A DNA stretch of 64,000 nucleotides from Paraspadella gotoi (GCA_051294375.1 CM119268.1:17049420-17113419), one strand, 5' to 3'. Positions 13,401 through 26,555 are shown, counted from the stretch's first letter. Notes: generated by a model from the sequence alone, not told the origin. Made by a program: numbers and translations.

Positions 13401-16400
13401 ATAATTTAATCACGATTTTTTTTCCTTTATTTTCTCATTTCGGATAGAAATAAAAATATTCGGCNNNNNNNNNNNNNNNNNNNNNNNNNNNNNNNNNNNN
13501 NNNNNNNNNNNNNNNNNNNNNNNNNNNNNNNNNNNNNNNNNNNNNNNNNNNNNNNNNNNNNNNNNNNNNNNNNNNNNNNNNNNNNNNNNNNNNNNNNNNN
13601 NNNNNNNNNNNNNNNNNNNNNNNNNNNNNNNNNNNNNNNNNNNNNNNNNNNNNNNNNNNNNNNNNNNNNGCCCCTCTTCGCTTTGGAAAGCAAGCCAGCA
13701 AGCAAGCAATCAAGCACGCGCCCAAGCAAGCCTATCGGCCGGCCATTTGAAAGCCTAACCTTGACTTGCCCAGAGCGGCTACAGCCCTCTTACTTCTATT
13801 TCTATTGCGACAAGCGTCTTGCAAGTCTCCTTTTCTCCCCAGTCCGCTTGCCTCCACCTTTTCCAGCTTCCCCGTCCCTTATCCATCCCTTGCCAATCCA
13901 TTACCCGTCCCTTGCCAGCTTACCATGATTCCCGCTACCGACCCCTTCCATGATCATTCCCAAGTGCTAGACCATCTTTATTCTTCCCTGTTGCTCCATG
14001 CCCCTTTTGTACGCCTCCATGCCAACTTCCCTGCCCGCTCCCTACTCTGTCCGACCCCCCTGTCCGCCTCTATGCCCGCTTCGACCGCGCAACGAAGGCG
14101 GGACTCACGCTCGGACGAGTCGTCCGATGCAATTGGACCGAACCTCGTCACCGGAAAAGCCGGGGAGAAAGAAAAGGGGAGGGAGGAAGGGAGGAAAGTG
14201 GAAGAGTGGGAGGGAAGAAGATGGAGGGGAGGATGGAAGGAAGGAAGAAAGAGAATGTGAAAGAGGGCGAGGNNNNNNNNNNNNNNNNNNNNNNNNNNNN
14301 NNNNNNNNNNNNNNNNNNNNNNNNNNNNNNNNNNNNNNNNNNNNNNNNNNNNNNNNNNNNNNNNNNNNNNNNNNNNNNNNNNNNNNNNNNNNNNNNNNNN
14401 NNNNNNNNNNNNNNNNNNNNNNNNNNNNNNNNNNNNNNNNNNNNNNNNNNNNNNNNNNNNNNNNNNNNNNNNNNNNNNNNNNNNNNNNNNAAAAAAAAGA
14501 ACTGAAATAAAAATAAAGACAAAATGGCGAACAGAAAAAAAAATGGGGAAGCGACCAAAAGGAAGCGAAGCAGTGAAGGAAAAGCAGGTAAGACGCGATT
14601 AAAAAAAGAAAAGAAAAAAAGAAGAAAAAAAAATTTCTCTGTCAAACAAACGAACATCGGTTGACGAAATTTGTGTGTGAAATATTTGTTTTCTTTTTTC
14701 TTTTTTATAATTTTTCTTTCTTCTCTTTNNNNNNNNNNNNNNNNNNNNNNNNNNNNNNNNNNNNNNNNNNNNNNNNNNNNNNNNNNNNNNNNNNNNNNNN
14801 NNNNNNNNNNNNNNNNNNNNNNNNNNNNNNNNNNNNNNNNNNNNNNNNNNNNNNNNNNNNNNNNNNNNNNNNNNNNNNNNNNNNNNTTTTTTTTTCCACT
14901 CATACACTCGACAAAAGATACAGTCGTTTCTCCTCGTAATCGGATAAATCTCAATATCGGCCATTCAAACATCTATTCGCCCACNNNNNNNNNNNNNNNN
15001 NNNNNNNNNNNNNNNNNNNNNNNNNNNNNNNNNNNNNNNNNNNNNNNNNNNNNNNNNNNNNNNNNNNNNNNNNNNNNNNNNNNNNNNNNNNNNNNNNNNN
15101 NNNNNNNNNNNNNNNNNNNNNNNNNNNNNNNNNNNNNNNNNNNNNNNNNNNNNNNNNNNNNNNNNNNNNNNNNNNNNNNNNNNNNNNNNNNNNNNNNNNN
15201 NNNNNNNNNNNNNNNNNNNNNNNNNNNNNNNNNNNNNNNNNNNNNNNNNNNNNNNNNNNNNNNNNNNNNNNNNNNNNNNNNNNNNNNNNNNNNNNNNNNN
15301 NNNNNNNNNNNNNNNNNNNNNNNNNNNNNNNNNNNNNNNNNNNNNNNNNNNNNNNNNNNNNNNNNNNNNNNNNNNNNNNNNNNNNNNNNNNNNNNNNNNN
15401 NNNNNNNNNNNNNNNNNNNNNNNNNNNNNNNNNNNNNNNNNNNNNNNNNNNNNNNNNNNNNTCTCCGGGCGAGGGTGGTCGGAAGTGGAGGGGGAGGGAG
15501 GTGGGACATTTCGAGGGAATGGGGGATGGTAAGGTGAAAAATGGGGGTTTTTTCAATGGCCTTTAAGGTGGTTTTTTTTTTAATTTTCTTCAGATTTTGT
15601 CTTTCTTAATTCTTTTTGTATTTAATGTCGCTCCCCGTTGAAAAGAGCCTGTTCGTTGAGCAGATCATCAGGGGGTTTTTAATCTCAACATCCCTGGCGT
15701 TGTTCAATCCCTCTCTAACTCTCTCTCTCTCTCTCTATTTCTCTCTCTCTCTCTCTGTCAGACTCCAAAGAAAGGATATCTCAACTCCTCTCACCTTTTC
15801 CCCCTCTATCTTTTTTCACTTTATATTCCTTTCCTCCCTTCATATTCCTCGGTTTCCTCTCTTTTTTCTGCCGACTTTCCACCGCCTGTGCACGGCTCAC
15901 GACGCGGCCGCCTCGCCTTGCTGCCTCCCCCCCGCCCACCCCGCCACGGCGCAGCCTCAGCCGCAGCAGCCGAGTCGGTGCCCGATCGCCCGGTCGGATC
16001 AAGGGGCGAAATTTCGATAATTGAGACAGAAGCCTCAGGACGAGAAAGGGGATCTGTGTGGGGAAAAAAGGATCTGTGTAGGGAAAAAGAGATCTGTGTG
16101 TATAAATGGGGATCAGTACGTAAAAAGTGGGAAATGGGGAAAGGAATGGGCAAAGATGAAGATTGAGAAAGACCACTGATTTAATTTTGTTGCTTATAAA
16201 ATAATACTTGTTTCACGTTCAAACCTTATTTTATTTACTTATTTTTCATGTAAAATGTATAACAACGCTGTTTCTGTTTTTGCGTATTTTTCTTTATTAT
16301 TTTCTTTATTGGCTACAGGCTTTCCTTCTTGATAAATTTTGTGAAAATCGTATTTTTAACACTAAAGTTGTAAAACCCGAAATGGGAATAAAAATCGCAA

Positions 16401-16849
16401 AACGAAAGATCGCGACATAACGCGGCGACGCAGCGTCGAAGCAGCGGCTCCGCTGCAGCCTAACAGCGGCTCCGCAGCGGCGGCGCAAGACAAACGTGGC
16501 GCCCTGGTCGCCCGTTAGTCGAGGTAAGTAACCGTTCTAGTCGGGAGGGGAGCGCGGCCGGGGTCGACGGTAGAGGGGGCGACGGAAAGGGGGGCGTGCC
16601 TGCGACCTCTAACGAGCTTTTAACCCTTTCCGTCTCGCGGGGAAGCCAGGAATTGCAATCGTCGTCGTCGTCGTCGTTTGCCTTCGCTGTCACCGTCGTC
16701 GTTGTTGTCGCGCCTCTTTGTGTTTCTGTCGTCGTCGTCTTCGTCGTCCCTTCACAGTCGTCACCGTTATCGTCGTCATAGAAACCGACGGGGATTCGAC
16801 TCACGACGACCAGGTCCGCCGCTCGAATTCGAGAGGTTGAAAGGTCCTT

Positions 16850-16942
16850 TCCCCGGATGTAGATTTCTTATCACTTACCCGGACCTTTATCCTTTTCTTA
16901 TCATTTACCCGGATGTTGATACCTTTTTTCATCACTTATCTA
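16850..16942. repeat. Degenerate ~30-bp tandem repeat (TTCTTATCA(C/T)TTACCCGGA core)
   Basis: The core recurs about three times. Confidence 0.6.
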
Positions 16943-17580
16943 AAGTACCTTTTTTAGAACTACGAATAGATAAATTCCACAAACTACATATTTTCACATG
17001 TATGTGGCCTTCGCCTACACACCCAACCAACTTTTATTTTTTTTGCTTTTCAGGTGAATCATGAATTTCTTTCTTCTTTCGCTTCTGTCACTCTCCCTTT
17101 AATATGCTATCATAACCCCAAAGTCCTTTTATAATCTATTAAAGTAAATTTCACGTTTCCCACTCTCACTCCCTTAGGGTTGATCTTATCACTTGCCGTT
17201 NNNNNNNNNNNNNNNNNNNNNNNNNNNNNNNNNNNNNNNNNNNNNNNNNNNNNNNNNNNNNNNNNNNNNNNNNNNNNNNNNNNNNNNNNNNNNNNNNNNN
17301 NNNNNNNNNNNNNNNNNNNNNNNNNNNNNNNNNNNNNNNNNNNNNNNNNNNNNNNNNNNNNNNNNNNNGAGAGAGAGAGAGAGAGAGAGTGAAGGGGAGG
17401 CCGGGTAAAAAAGGTCATCGGAGGTCAACCTCACATAATGGAATTGTTATGCGAGAGGCAAATGGACAGAATGGCAACAATAACCGAGAAATGATATTTC
17501 TTTGTTTCGTTATTCACTTTTTTTCTTTTGTTTTAGTTGGAGTTTTGAGTATACTTTTACCGATATTTTTTACAGATATA

Positions 17581-17702
17581 TTTACAGATAATTTTTCTTA
17601 TCTGAATTTGAAATATAAACCCCTTACGCCAGAAAAGCCAGACACAGAAAAGCCCAAAAAGGTAAAAATTATAGAAAATAAATATTAAAGACAAAATAAA
17701 AA

Positions 17703-17794
<92 letters not shown>

Positions 17795-18042
17795 AAAAAA
17801 GAAAGAAAGAAAGAAAGAAAGAAAGAAAATTCTTCCGTCGCTCCGTCTCTGTTTTGTATTCGGATGCTCCCCCTAGCGAATTAGCTATCCAATCATTTTT
17901 AAGATCCGCCCATATCTAGAAAAAGGGGTCGGATATTTTTCGGCTTTTTCTCTCCCAAACGCCATCCAAACAAAATCGCCACGCGACCCCCAACATTCTC
18001 TCTCTCTCTCTCTCTNNNNNNNNNNNNNNNNNNNNNNNNNAA

Positions 18043-18110
<68 letters not shown>

Positions 18111-18740
18111 GAGAGGAGCAGACATGTTGGGGCGCGTGGCGATTTTTGTTTGGCAATGGGCGTTGTGGGAGAAGAAAGAGAAGCCGAAAAGAGTATCCGA
18201 CCGGCTTTTTCTAGAGATATGGGCGGATACTTAAACATGATGATTGGATAGACTAATTCGCTAATAGGGGGAGCGATCCCGACAATCACAAAACAGGAGA
18301 ACGGGAGCGAACAGGAAAGAATTTGTTCCCTGTGTCTGTTCTTATCTTTCTCTTTCTTTCTTTTTTTTTTTTTTTTTGTTTTCTTGCTATGCTTTCGTTT
18401 TCTTAGTTGGGCTTGTTCTTTCTTGCTTCTTTCTGGTCTTTCTCGTTCTTGTTGTCTTATTTTCTTTTCGTTTCCTTGTCTGGTACCTCTTTCACTTTTC
18501 TTGTTGCCGATTCTGGTATGATGGTGCGCTTTAGCACTTTCTTTCTCTTCTCTTTCTTTGTTTTTTCGTTTTTTTATTTGTGTCTTTAATATTTATTTTC
18601 TAATAGTATTTTTACCAGTTTTTGGGGCTTTTCTCTCTTTCTGTATGTTCTCTGGCTTTTTGCTTTCTTTTCTCCTGCTGGCGTAGGGGTTATATTTTTG
18701 CAAAAAATTCCAGATAAGAAAAATTTTTAATCTTGCTAAA
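17581..18740. repeat. Long imperfect inverted repeat centred on the 25-N gap at 18016-18040; probable assembly artefact
   Basis: The left arm (17581-18015) is the reverse complement of the right arm (18041-18740). Examples: AAGATCCGCCCATATCTAGAAAAA vs TTTTTCTAGAGATATGGGCGGATACTT, and ATAAACCCCTTACGCCAG vs CTGGCGTAGGGGTTAT. The right arm is full of short insertions. Confidence 0.85.
17702..17829. repeat. (AAAG)n microsatellite
   Basis: Directly visible. Confidence 0.95.
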
Positions 18741-18870
18741 GGTTGGATATGACTCTCTGTCTCTCACTCTCAGGAAAAATCTTCAAAACGTGTGTCTCTC
18801 ACCGACTGAATCTCGGCTCACGAAAAGAGACCGTGGAATATGCGATCCTTAATCTGGGTCACCCCAGGAC

Positions 18871-19282
18871 ATGATGAAATGATGAAATGAAGAAAGAACA
18901 AAATGATGAAATGATGAAATGATGAAATGATGAAATGAAGAAAGAACAAAATGATGAAATGAAGAAATAACAAAATGATGAAATGATGAAATGAAGAAAG
19001 AACAAAATGATGAAATGATAAAATGAAGAAAGAACAAAATGATGAAATGAAGAAAGAACAAAATAATGAAATGATGAAAGGAAAGAAAAAAATGATGAAA
19101 TGATGAAATAAAGAAAGCACAAAATGATGAAATGATGAAATAAAGAAAAACAAAATGATGAAATGATGAAAGGAAGAAAGAAAAAAAATGATGAAATGAT
19201 GAAATGAAGAAAGAACAAAATGATGAAATTATGAAATGAAGAAAAACAAAATGATAAAATTATGAAATGAAGAAAGAACAAA
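18871..19282. repeat. Compound minisatellite of AAATGATG 8-mers interspersed with AAGAAAGAACA
   Basis: Directly visible. It produces the spurious FFISSF/FHHF ORFs. Confidence 0.9.
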
Positions 19283-20960
19283 GAGATGTAAGAGAAAAAA
19301 ATGTACAAGTAAAATAAAGTTTCGCTTACAAAATATCATTTTTAGAATGCGACCACGTATTCAAAAATGACAACCAACAAAATCGTTAACGTAAGGGGTA
19401 AAAATTTTAAGAGCGGCCATTGAAATAAAAAAAAATAAAACTTTTTAATTTTTTGAATTTTACACAGAAGAACAACTATCGCCTTGTCAATCAGTCAGAC
19501 AGAGTAGCCTTATGATACCAACCATCACACACAATGAAGCGATCGTGACCCAAGAACTACTGCGCTCATAGGCTCCGAGGCGTTATCACGGTTATAGCCA
19601 TTTTTTTCGTAGTAATATTAAAGGATGATAGCGATCGAGAGAGAGAGTTAACGTTCGCTCGGGCGTCAAAGTTTTATCGGCGATGAAAGAGAGATAGCGT
19701 CGTCGTCCATCGTTGCGGCTGCTGGTGGATATAATTTATCGGGTGATTCCGCTGTTAAAACCTTTATATCGGGTGACGCAAAAGAGTGACAGCTTAAATT
19801 TTAGTTTTATTAATAAACGTAATTGGCATTCCAGAGTGAAACAGAGAAAAGGATTACGGAAGAAGATCTAATAGAAGACAATATAGAGATGTCACGTGAG
19901 AATCATTGGATGAAAGAGACCAACTAATGTAGAGCTTGATATCGGGTGATTCGGTCCTCTTTACGCCGTCATTATCGGGTGATCAGGGCCACCGATGGGA
20001 GCGTCGTATCGGGTGATTTTCTCCCGGCTTCAGTCTTTCTCCCCGGGAAATAATTGGGAAACCCATCGAAAAGGCATTTCATCGTTTGGGTCTTCGGATG
20101 GAGTGGGAGGTTGTTTATGGGAAAAGTGGGTTTCGAATGGCGGGGCGGCTGCGGCGGACGGCGGGCTGCGGGCTTCGGCGGCGGCGGCGGGCTGCGGATA
20201 CGAAAGAACTCGAGCGTGCGCTTGTTAGAGCCGGAAGGCAGCTGCGACCGAAAAGCCAGGACGCAGATTTTTAAAGGATTCACTCTATATTCGCCGATGA
20301 TTTACCCGTTATATTGCTCCCTCCCTCCCTCCCTTCCTCTCTATCCTCCTCTTACTCTTCCCTATTGCACCACTTTTATTACTCCGTCTATACGTTTTCA
20401 TTTCAAATTAAAATTTCAAACTCTGCCTCATTCTTTCATATTTAACCTCATTTTTTTTTCTCCATAAGGATATTTTCCACTTAATGCATATTTTGAGAGT
20501 TTGCTTTCCTTTTCTTCCTTTCCACCACCGCGGCCGGCGCCCCCATAAGTACGACAGGCCCCGATCCTTTGCTTCCGAATCGATAGTTCTTTATTTGAAT
20601 TTTTATATATGAAATTGGTACAACCAATATATAATATTTATATTATAGATCTGATGATAAAAGTTTTGAATTAGTTTTTTCTTAATTAAAAATTACATTT
20701 ATTTATTTATGATTATCGACGATGGGCCCTCTTGGAGGGATATATTTTTTTCAGTCAGTGCAGTTTTCTCTTGCGACTTCAGAATTAATAGTATTTGAAA
20801 AGAACGGTAATCAGTTTTTTCACAATTTTTCACGAGAGAGAGAGAGAGAGAGAGANNNNNNNNNNNNNNNNNNNNNNNNNNNNNNNNNNNNNNNNNNNNN
20901 NNNNNNNNNNNNNNNNNNNNNNNNNNNNNNNNNNNNNNNNNNNNNNNNNNNNNNNNNNNN

Positions 20961-20992
<32 letters not shown>

Positions 20993-21536
20993 AGCCGAGC
21001 CAGCCCCGGTCGCGAGACGGAATAAAAAAGAAGAGATCTGAAAAGAAAAACCTGGATGATTAGGCGAAGGGGCGACGGAGGCCGGTCGCTGGTCTAATGA
21101 CTCGCGCTGGCCTGACGAGGAATAATCTCGTGATTAATGAAGAGAACGATTATTAAAGAGCAATCAGTGAGATGCGAAGGGGAAAGGACGGAAGGAGGAG
21201 GAGGAGGAGGAAGTGTCGAGGGAGTGAGAGGAGGAAGAGCAGGTATAAGAAGAAGATGAATAAAAAAAGAAATGAAAGAAAATATAAATCTTTTACGCCT
21301 TTCCTTTTTTTTTTATTTCTGCAACGGGCTGTTTTTTAGCCAGGTTTTTCCAACGACTGGATGACACATGTTTCAAAAATAATATTAATGGGTCAATATT
21401 TAGTTTTTGAATGTTTCTATTAACTTTTTAGATGTATGACTAGATACTTGATAGTTACTGTTGACAAAGATACTAAATCGAAAACTTTGATATTGTCCAC
21501 CACTTTATAAATGTTAAATCTTTTGCGTTCTCTCTC

Positions 21537-21567
<31 letters not shown>

Positions 21568-22220
21568 NNNNNNNNNNNNNNNNNNNNNNNNNNNNNNNNN
21601 NNNNNNNNNNNNNNNNNNNNNNNNNNNNNNNNNNNNNNNNNNNNNNNNNNNNNNNNNNNNNNNNNNNNNNNNNNNNNNNNNNNNNNNNNNNNNNNNNNNN
21701 NNNNNNNNNNNNNNNNNNNNNNNNNNNNNNNNNNNNNNNNNNNNNNNNNNNNNNNNNNNNNNNNNNNNNNNNNNNNNNNNNNNNNNNNNNNNNNNNNNNN
21801 NNNNNNNNNNNNNNNNNNNNNNNNNNNNNNNNNNNNNNNNNNNNNNNNNNNNNNNNNNNNNNNNNNNNNNNNNNNNNNNNNNNNNNNNNNNNNNNNNNNN
21901 NNNNNNNNNNNNNNNNNNNNNNNNNNNNNNNNNNNNNNNNNNNNNNNNNNNNNNNNNNNNNGAGGGAAAATAAGATAAAGAGAGCAAGAAAAAGTCACAG
22001 CCACTGCAGATACCTGCCTCTTCAATACAAGGGGGTCAGGCTCCTTATACGCAAAAGCTGCAAAAGCACGCTGGATGCTACTGCTACTGCTACTGCTCCT
22101 GCAGCTACCCCTGCGACTGAGTCCAGTACAGGCAGTAGTTCAACGGCAGCAGCGGCTGCTGCTTTCGCTCATCGACGTGAGCAACAGGTAGCATCGAGCG
22201 CAAGATCGCGCCGTCGTGAG

Positions 22221-22254
<34 letters not shown>

Positions 22255-22902
22255 TAATTCCGCCCGACATGAATTTAACCTCGCACGAGCTATGCACCGA
22301 TAGTCGGAAGTTCCCTTTAAGTCTTTAAGTACTAGTTCATTATCCGATGAACGGAAACTTTTAATTTTACCTAATTTCTCCAACAGCGAGGGAGCGAATA
22401 TTGGGTTCATATTTCATAGAGATAGTTAGCTCTTACTCAATCTTTGTAATTTTGGTATTGAATCTCTTTTCATAATGAAGTTCATTCGTCTTTGTTTTTT
22501 CTTACCTGCTAAGGTTTTCCACGGAAATTGCATTAAGAAAAAAGAAAAAAAAAAGGAGTTCGTTAATATTAATTTACGCTTGATTATCTACTGTACAATT
22601 TTGCTAAACAAATTGCCAATAATAAATCTTTCTACTAATAACTATAACGCCTTACCAAAAAATAAAGAAGTTTTAGAACATTAGCTTTTTCAAATCAACG
22701 TTTTTGTCAAACAAATCGCATAAACAAATAACAAAATAAACTAAAATAGAGGAAACACGGAAACTATTTTCTATCCTTCCGGTTTTTGAAGGTCAGAAAA
22801 GAGACCAGAAACTTTCATGATTCCCGATGACCAACTACATTTTTTCATCGCTGGGCCCAAAGAATGAGAGACAGAGAGATGAGAGCAGAGAGGAGAGGAG
22901 AG

Positions 22903-22953
<51 letters not shown>

Positions 22954-23758
22954 GAGAGAGAGAGCAAGAGAGGAGAAGAGAGACGCGAGAGCAGATGGAG
23001 AGAGAGAGAGACTCGGCCGGGTCGAAGGACCAGAGGACCAGAAAAAGCCGGAAGCTAATCCAGTCTGGTAGACGGGAAATAAAATCTTTCCTGCGTCACG
23101 AAAAAAATGAGGTAAGGGACGAAATGGGAGAAAAAAAGGTAAGGACGCCGTCCAAAAAAAAAGGTAAGTAGGTTGTTGTAAAAGAAAGGGTAGTGGGTTG
23201 TATAAAGAGGGGATGGGGATTCGATCGAAAAAATGAGATGACGATTTAAAATATTTTATAGTTCAATTCAAAGAAAACCAATAGTTGAACGCTAATTGCA
23301 AATTAGCACTAAAACCCTATTAGCCCTGCATAGTTAAATGAATATAATAATCGAGAATTTTCAATAACAGCTCGTTGCTCCTTTAAAAGCTCTTCCGAAT
23401 GTTAAGCTATAGCGGCAGACGTGTTTAATAGGTAATAGGTATATCATTGCTAATTTACCGTTAGATGTGTGCACCGTTCGATGTCAGCAGTTTCACAACT
23501 AAAAGAAGCAAAAGAAACAACCAAAACAAAATCTAGAAATCGAGTCGTTTCGGTCGTCGTCATCGTCGTCATCGTCGTCGTCGTCATCGTCGTCCTCGTC
23601 CGTTGCCGCGTCCCAGGTGCCTTGTCATGGACCAGAACAGGAAACCGTCAGGTTCCCGTTTGACCAAAAGTCATTGTTGACAGGTTGTTTGGTGCAATCG
23701 GAGAGAAGAAAGAGAGTCGAAATGAAGGAAGGGAGGGGGGGAAAGGGGAGCATGATAA

Positions 23759-23851
23759 AGGAAAGGGAGGAGGAAGAGGGGAGGATGAGGAAGGAAAGGG
23801 AGGAGGAAGAGGGGAGGATGAGGAAGGAAAGGGAGGAGGAAGAGGGGAGGA
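23759..23851. repeat. 33-bp purine-rich tandem repeat x3
   Basis: AGGAAAGGGAGGAGGAAGAGGGGAGGATGAGGA is repeated. Confidence 0.85.
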
Positions 23852-24482
23852 CAGAAGAAAACAGAAGAGAGAAAAGAGAAAAAAGAAGAGTAGAGGATAA
23901 AGGTGAATTCAGAAAGGGATGAGTGAATGAACAAGAACAAAGAAGAGATAAGGGTTAAAGAAAGAAAAAAAAAGTAGGAAAAATAAGAATGTTTTGAATG
24001 GAATCAAATCAGAACAAGACGCTTAAAACAAAAGAGAAATAGGTGATAGTTAATCTGTCAGTGTTGAAGGAATTGTGAAAAAAAAGTCGGTTAAAATGCA
24101 GGTGATAAATCCATTGACGGGAAGCAAGATTCATAACGTGCAACTGGAAATAATTTAGTAAGCGCAGACTACGTTAGTGACTGAATAATTGATGAGTATT
24201 CATCAGCTAATATTAAAGTGAAATTCTGAGAAAGAACAGCGAAATCGAACTAATGAAACTAATGTAACCGATATTTTGTAAAATGAATGCCGAAAGCAGG
24301 AGTCATCCTTTCCGGATGGCGTTTAAGCGCGGAAGTTCGGGTGTCGATTTACTGAAGGGGATGTCCGACCTCCGTGACCTCCAACTGACCTTCGCCTCTC
24401 GGAAAACCGGACATGGTCGACCAAAGTGGAGAGAGAGAGAGAGAGAATGAGACGAGAGAGAAAGGAGAGAGAGGAGAAGAGG

Positions 24483-24518
<36 letters not shown>

Positions 24519-24829
24519 GAGGACGTTAAAGAAGAGGAGGAAAAGAATTTATGGAAAAAGTATGACCAACCTCCGACTGACCTTCTCTCTCGTCCAGAAA
24601 AGCCGGGCAAGAAAGGGGACGAGCGAGAGCTGAGAGAGAGAGGCAGAGAGGAGGGAGAGAGAGAGAGAGATGAGAAGAGAGAGATGAGAGAGAGCGAGAG
24701 ACGAGAGAGAGAGAGCCCAGACTGGTAGGAACAGCTTAGTATTTACCGATGAGAAGCAACAGGATAAGATGAAAAGAATGACAAAATGTTAAGAATCTCT
24801 CTCTNNNNNNNNNNNNNNNNNNNNNNNNN

Positions 24830-24863
<34 letters not shown>

Positions 24864-25220
24864 GACTGGTAGGAACAGTTGTATTACCCCGATGAGAAGC
24901 AAACAGATAAAGATGAAAGAATGAAAAATGTTAAGAAAAACGCGACGAGGAAAACTCGGGAGAGTAAATAATGCAAAATTATGCAAACGAGGACGACGGG
25001 TAAGTTCTTTCGTTTCCTTCGTGATTACAAAAGGGGAAAAAGTGGGAAGAAGGAAAGGAAAAAGGGAGTAAAGGAAAGGGAGGAAGGAAAGTTAAGAAGG
25101 GCGAGTATAAAAGTAATGGGGAGGAGACAACTGGACGAAAAGAGAAGGAAAGTTTAGAAAGCATTTCGATTTGCGTTTCCGATAGGAAATGACCTTTGGA
25201 CAGGACGACTCCGGAACAAA

Positions 25221-25280
<60 letters not shown>

Positions 25281-26479
25281 AGGAGATGAAAAAGACGATC
25301 ACATCATGATGATAGTCTGTTAATCGAGATCTTGAAACATTATCTGTCGTATTTAATCAAATGCAACTTAGTTGTTTCAGTAAAAACATCATTAACTAAC
25401 AATGACAATAAGATAATGATAANNNNNNNNNNNNNNNNNNNNNNNNNNNNNNNNNNNNNNNNNNNNNNNNNNNNNNNNNNNNNNNNNNNNNNNNNNNNNN
25501 NNNNNNNNNNNNNNNNNNNNNNNNNNNNNNNNNNNNNNNNNNNNNNNNNNNNNNNNNNNNNNNNNNNNNNNNNNNNNNNNNNNNNNNNNNNNNNNNNNNN
25601 NNNNNNNNNNNNNNNNNNNNNNNNNNNNNNNNNNNNNNNNNNNNNNNNNNNNNNNNNNNNNNNNNNNNNNNNNNNNNNNNNNNNNNNNNNNNNNNNNNNN
25701 NNNNNNNNNNNNNNNNNNNNNNNNNNNNNNNNNNNNNNNNNNNNNNNNNNNNNNNNNNNNNNNNNNNNNNNNNNNNNNNNNNNNNNNNNNNNNNNNNNNN
25801 NNNNNNNNNNNNNNNNNNNNNNNNNNNNNNNNNNNNNNNNNNNNNNNNNNNNNNNNNNNNNNNNNNNNNNNNNNNNNNNNNNNNNNNNNNNNNNNNNNNN
25901 NNNNNNNNNNNNNNNNNNNNNNNNNNNNNNNNNNNNNNNNNNNNNNNNNNNNNNNNNNNNNNNNNNNNNNNNNNNNNNNNNNNNNNNNNNNNNNNNNNNN
26001 NNNNNNNNNNNNNNNNNNNNNNNNNGAGGAGAGAGCGACCACCCTTCCGGTTCGATGATTCGATTCGTTTTCAGTTCGACGATTTTCGTTGTTCACAAAT
26101 CACGAAACCTGAAAATGAGGAATGATCTAATGATGTGGATGGTGGAGGTGATAGAGGTGATGATTATGGTGATAATGATTGTGATTATGATAATGATTAT
26201 GATCATTTTTGTTGTAATAAGAGGACGATCAAGACTAAAAAGGCCAACCAATCATCAGTTCCATTACAAAACTAGTATTTCTTATTAAATTTCTTATTTA
26301 TTATCACTTTTTTTCTTAATATTAAGTAAACGGAATTTCTTCCTTCTCAGCCAGATTATTTTTTTCTTTATTTTTTTGGTGGAAATAGTTAACCCAGAGT
26401 ATTCGAGACAAAAGGCGGAAAAAGAGACCGAAAAAATGTCATTTCGGTGTGAATCTTGGAATTCGTACGATTCACTCCG

Positions 26480-26555
26480 ATTGGCTGAAGGAAGATGAAG
26501 TCGGTTTCTGATTGGACTAACTGCTTCCGTCGAGGGTTCTCATTGGCCTATAAAA
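26480..26555 (+). promoter_or_regulatory. Three inverted CCAAT boxes at 31-bp spacing followed by TATAAAA; putative promoter module
   Basis: ATTGG starts at 26480, 26511 and 26542, and TATAAAA is at 26549-26555. No downstream gene was identified. Confidence 0.3.

Noticed and set aside
19737-20016. CRISPR-like reading of the repeat/unique-spacer pattern
   Set aside because: The repeat is only 10 bp, spacing is irregular, the context is eukaryotic, and there are no cas genes.
23161-23210. let-7-like string GGGTAGTGGGTTGTATA
   Set aside because: The seed GAGGTAG is not intact and there is no complementary arm to form a precursor.
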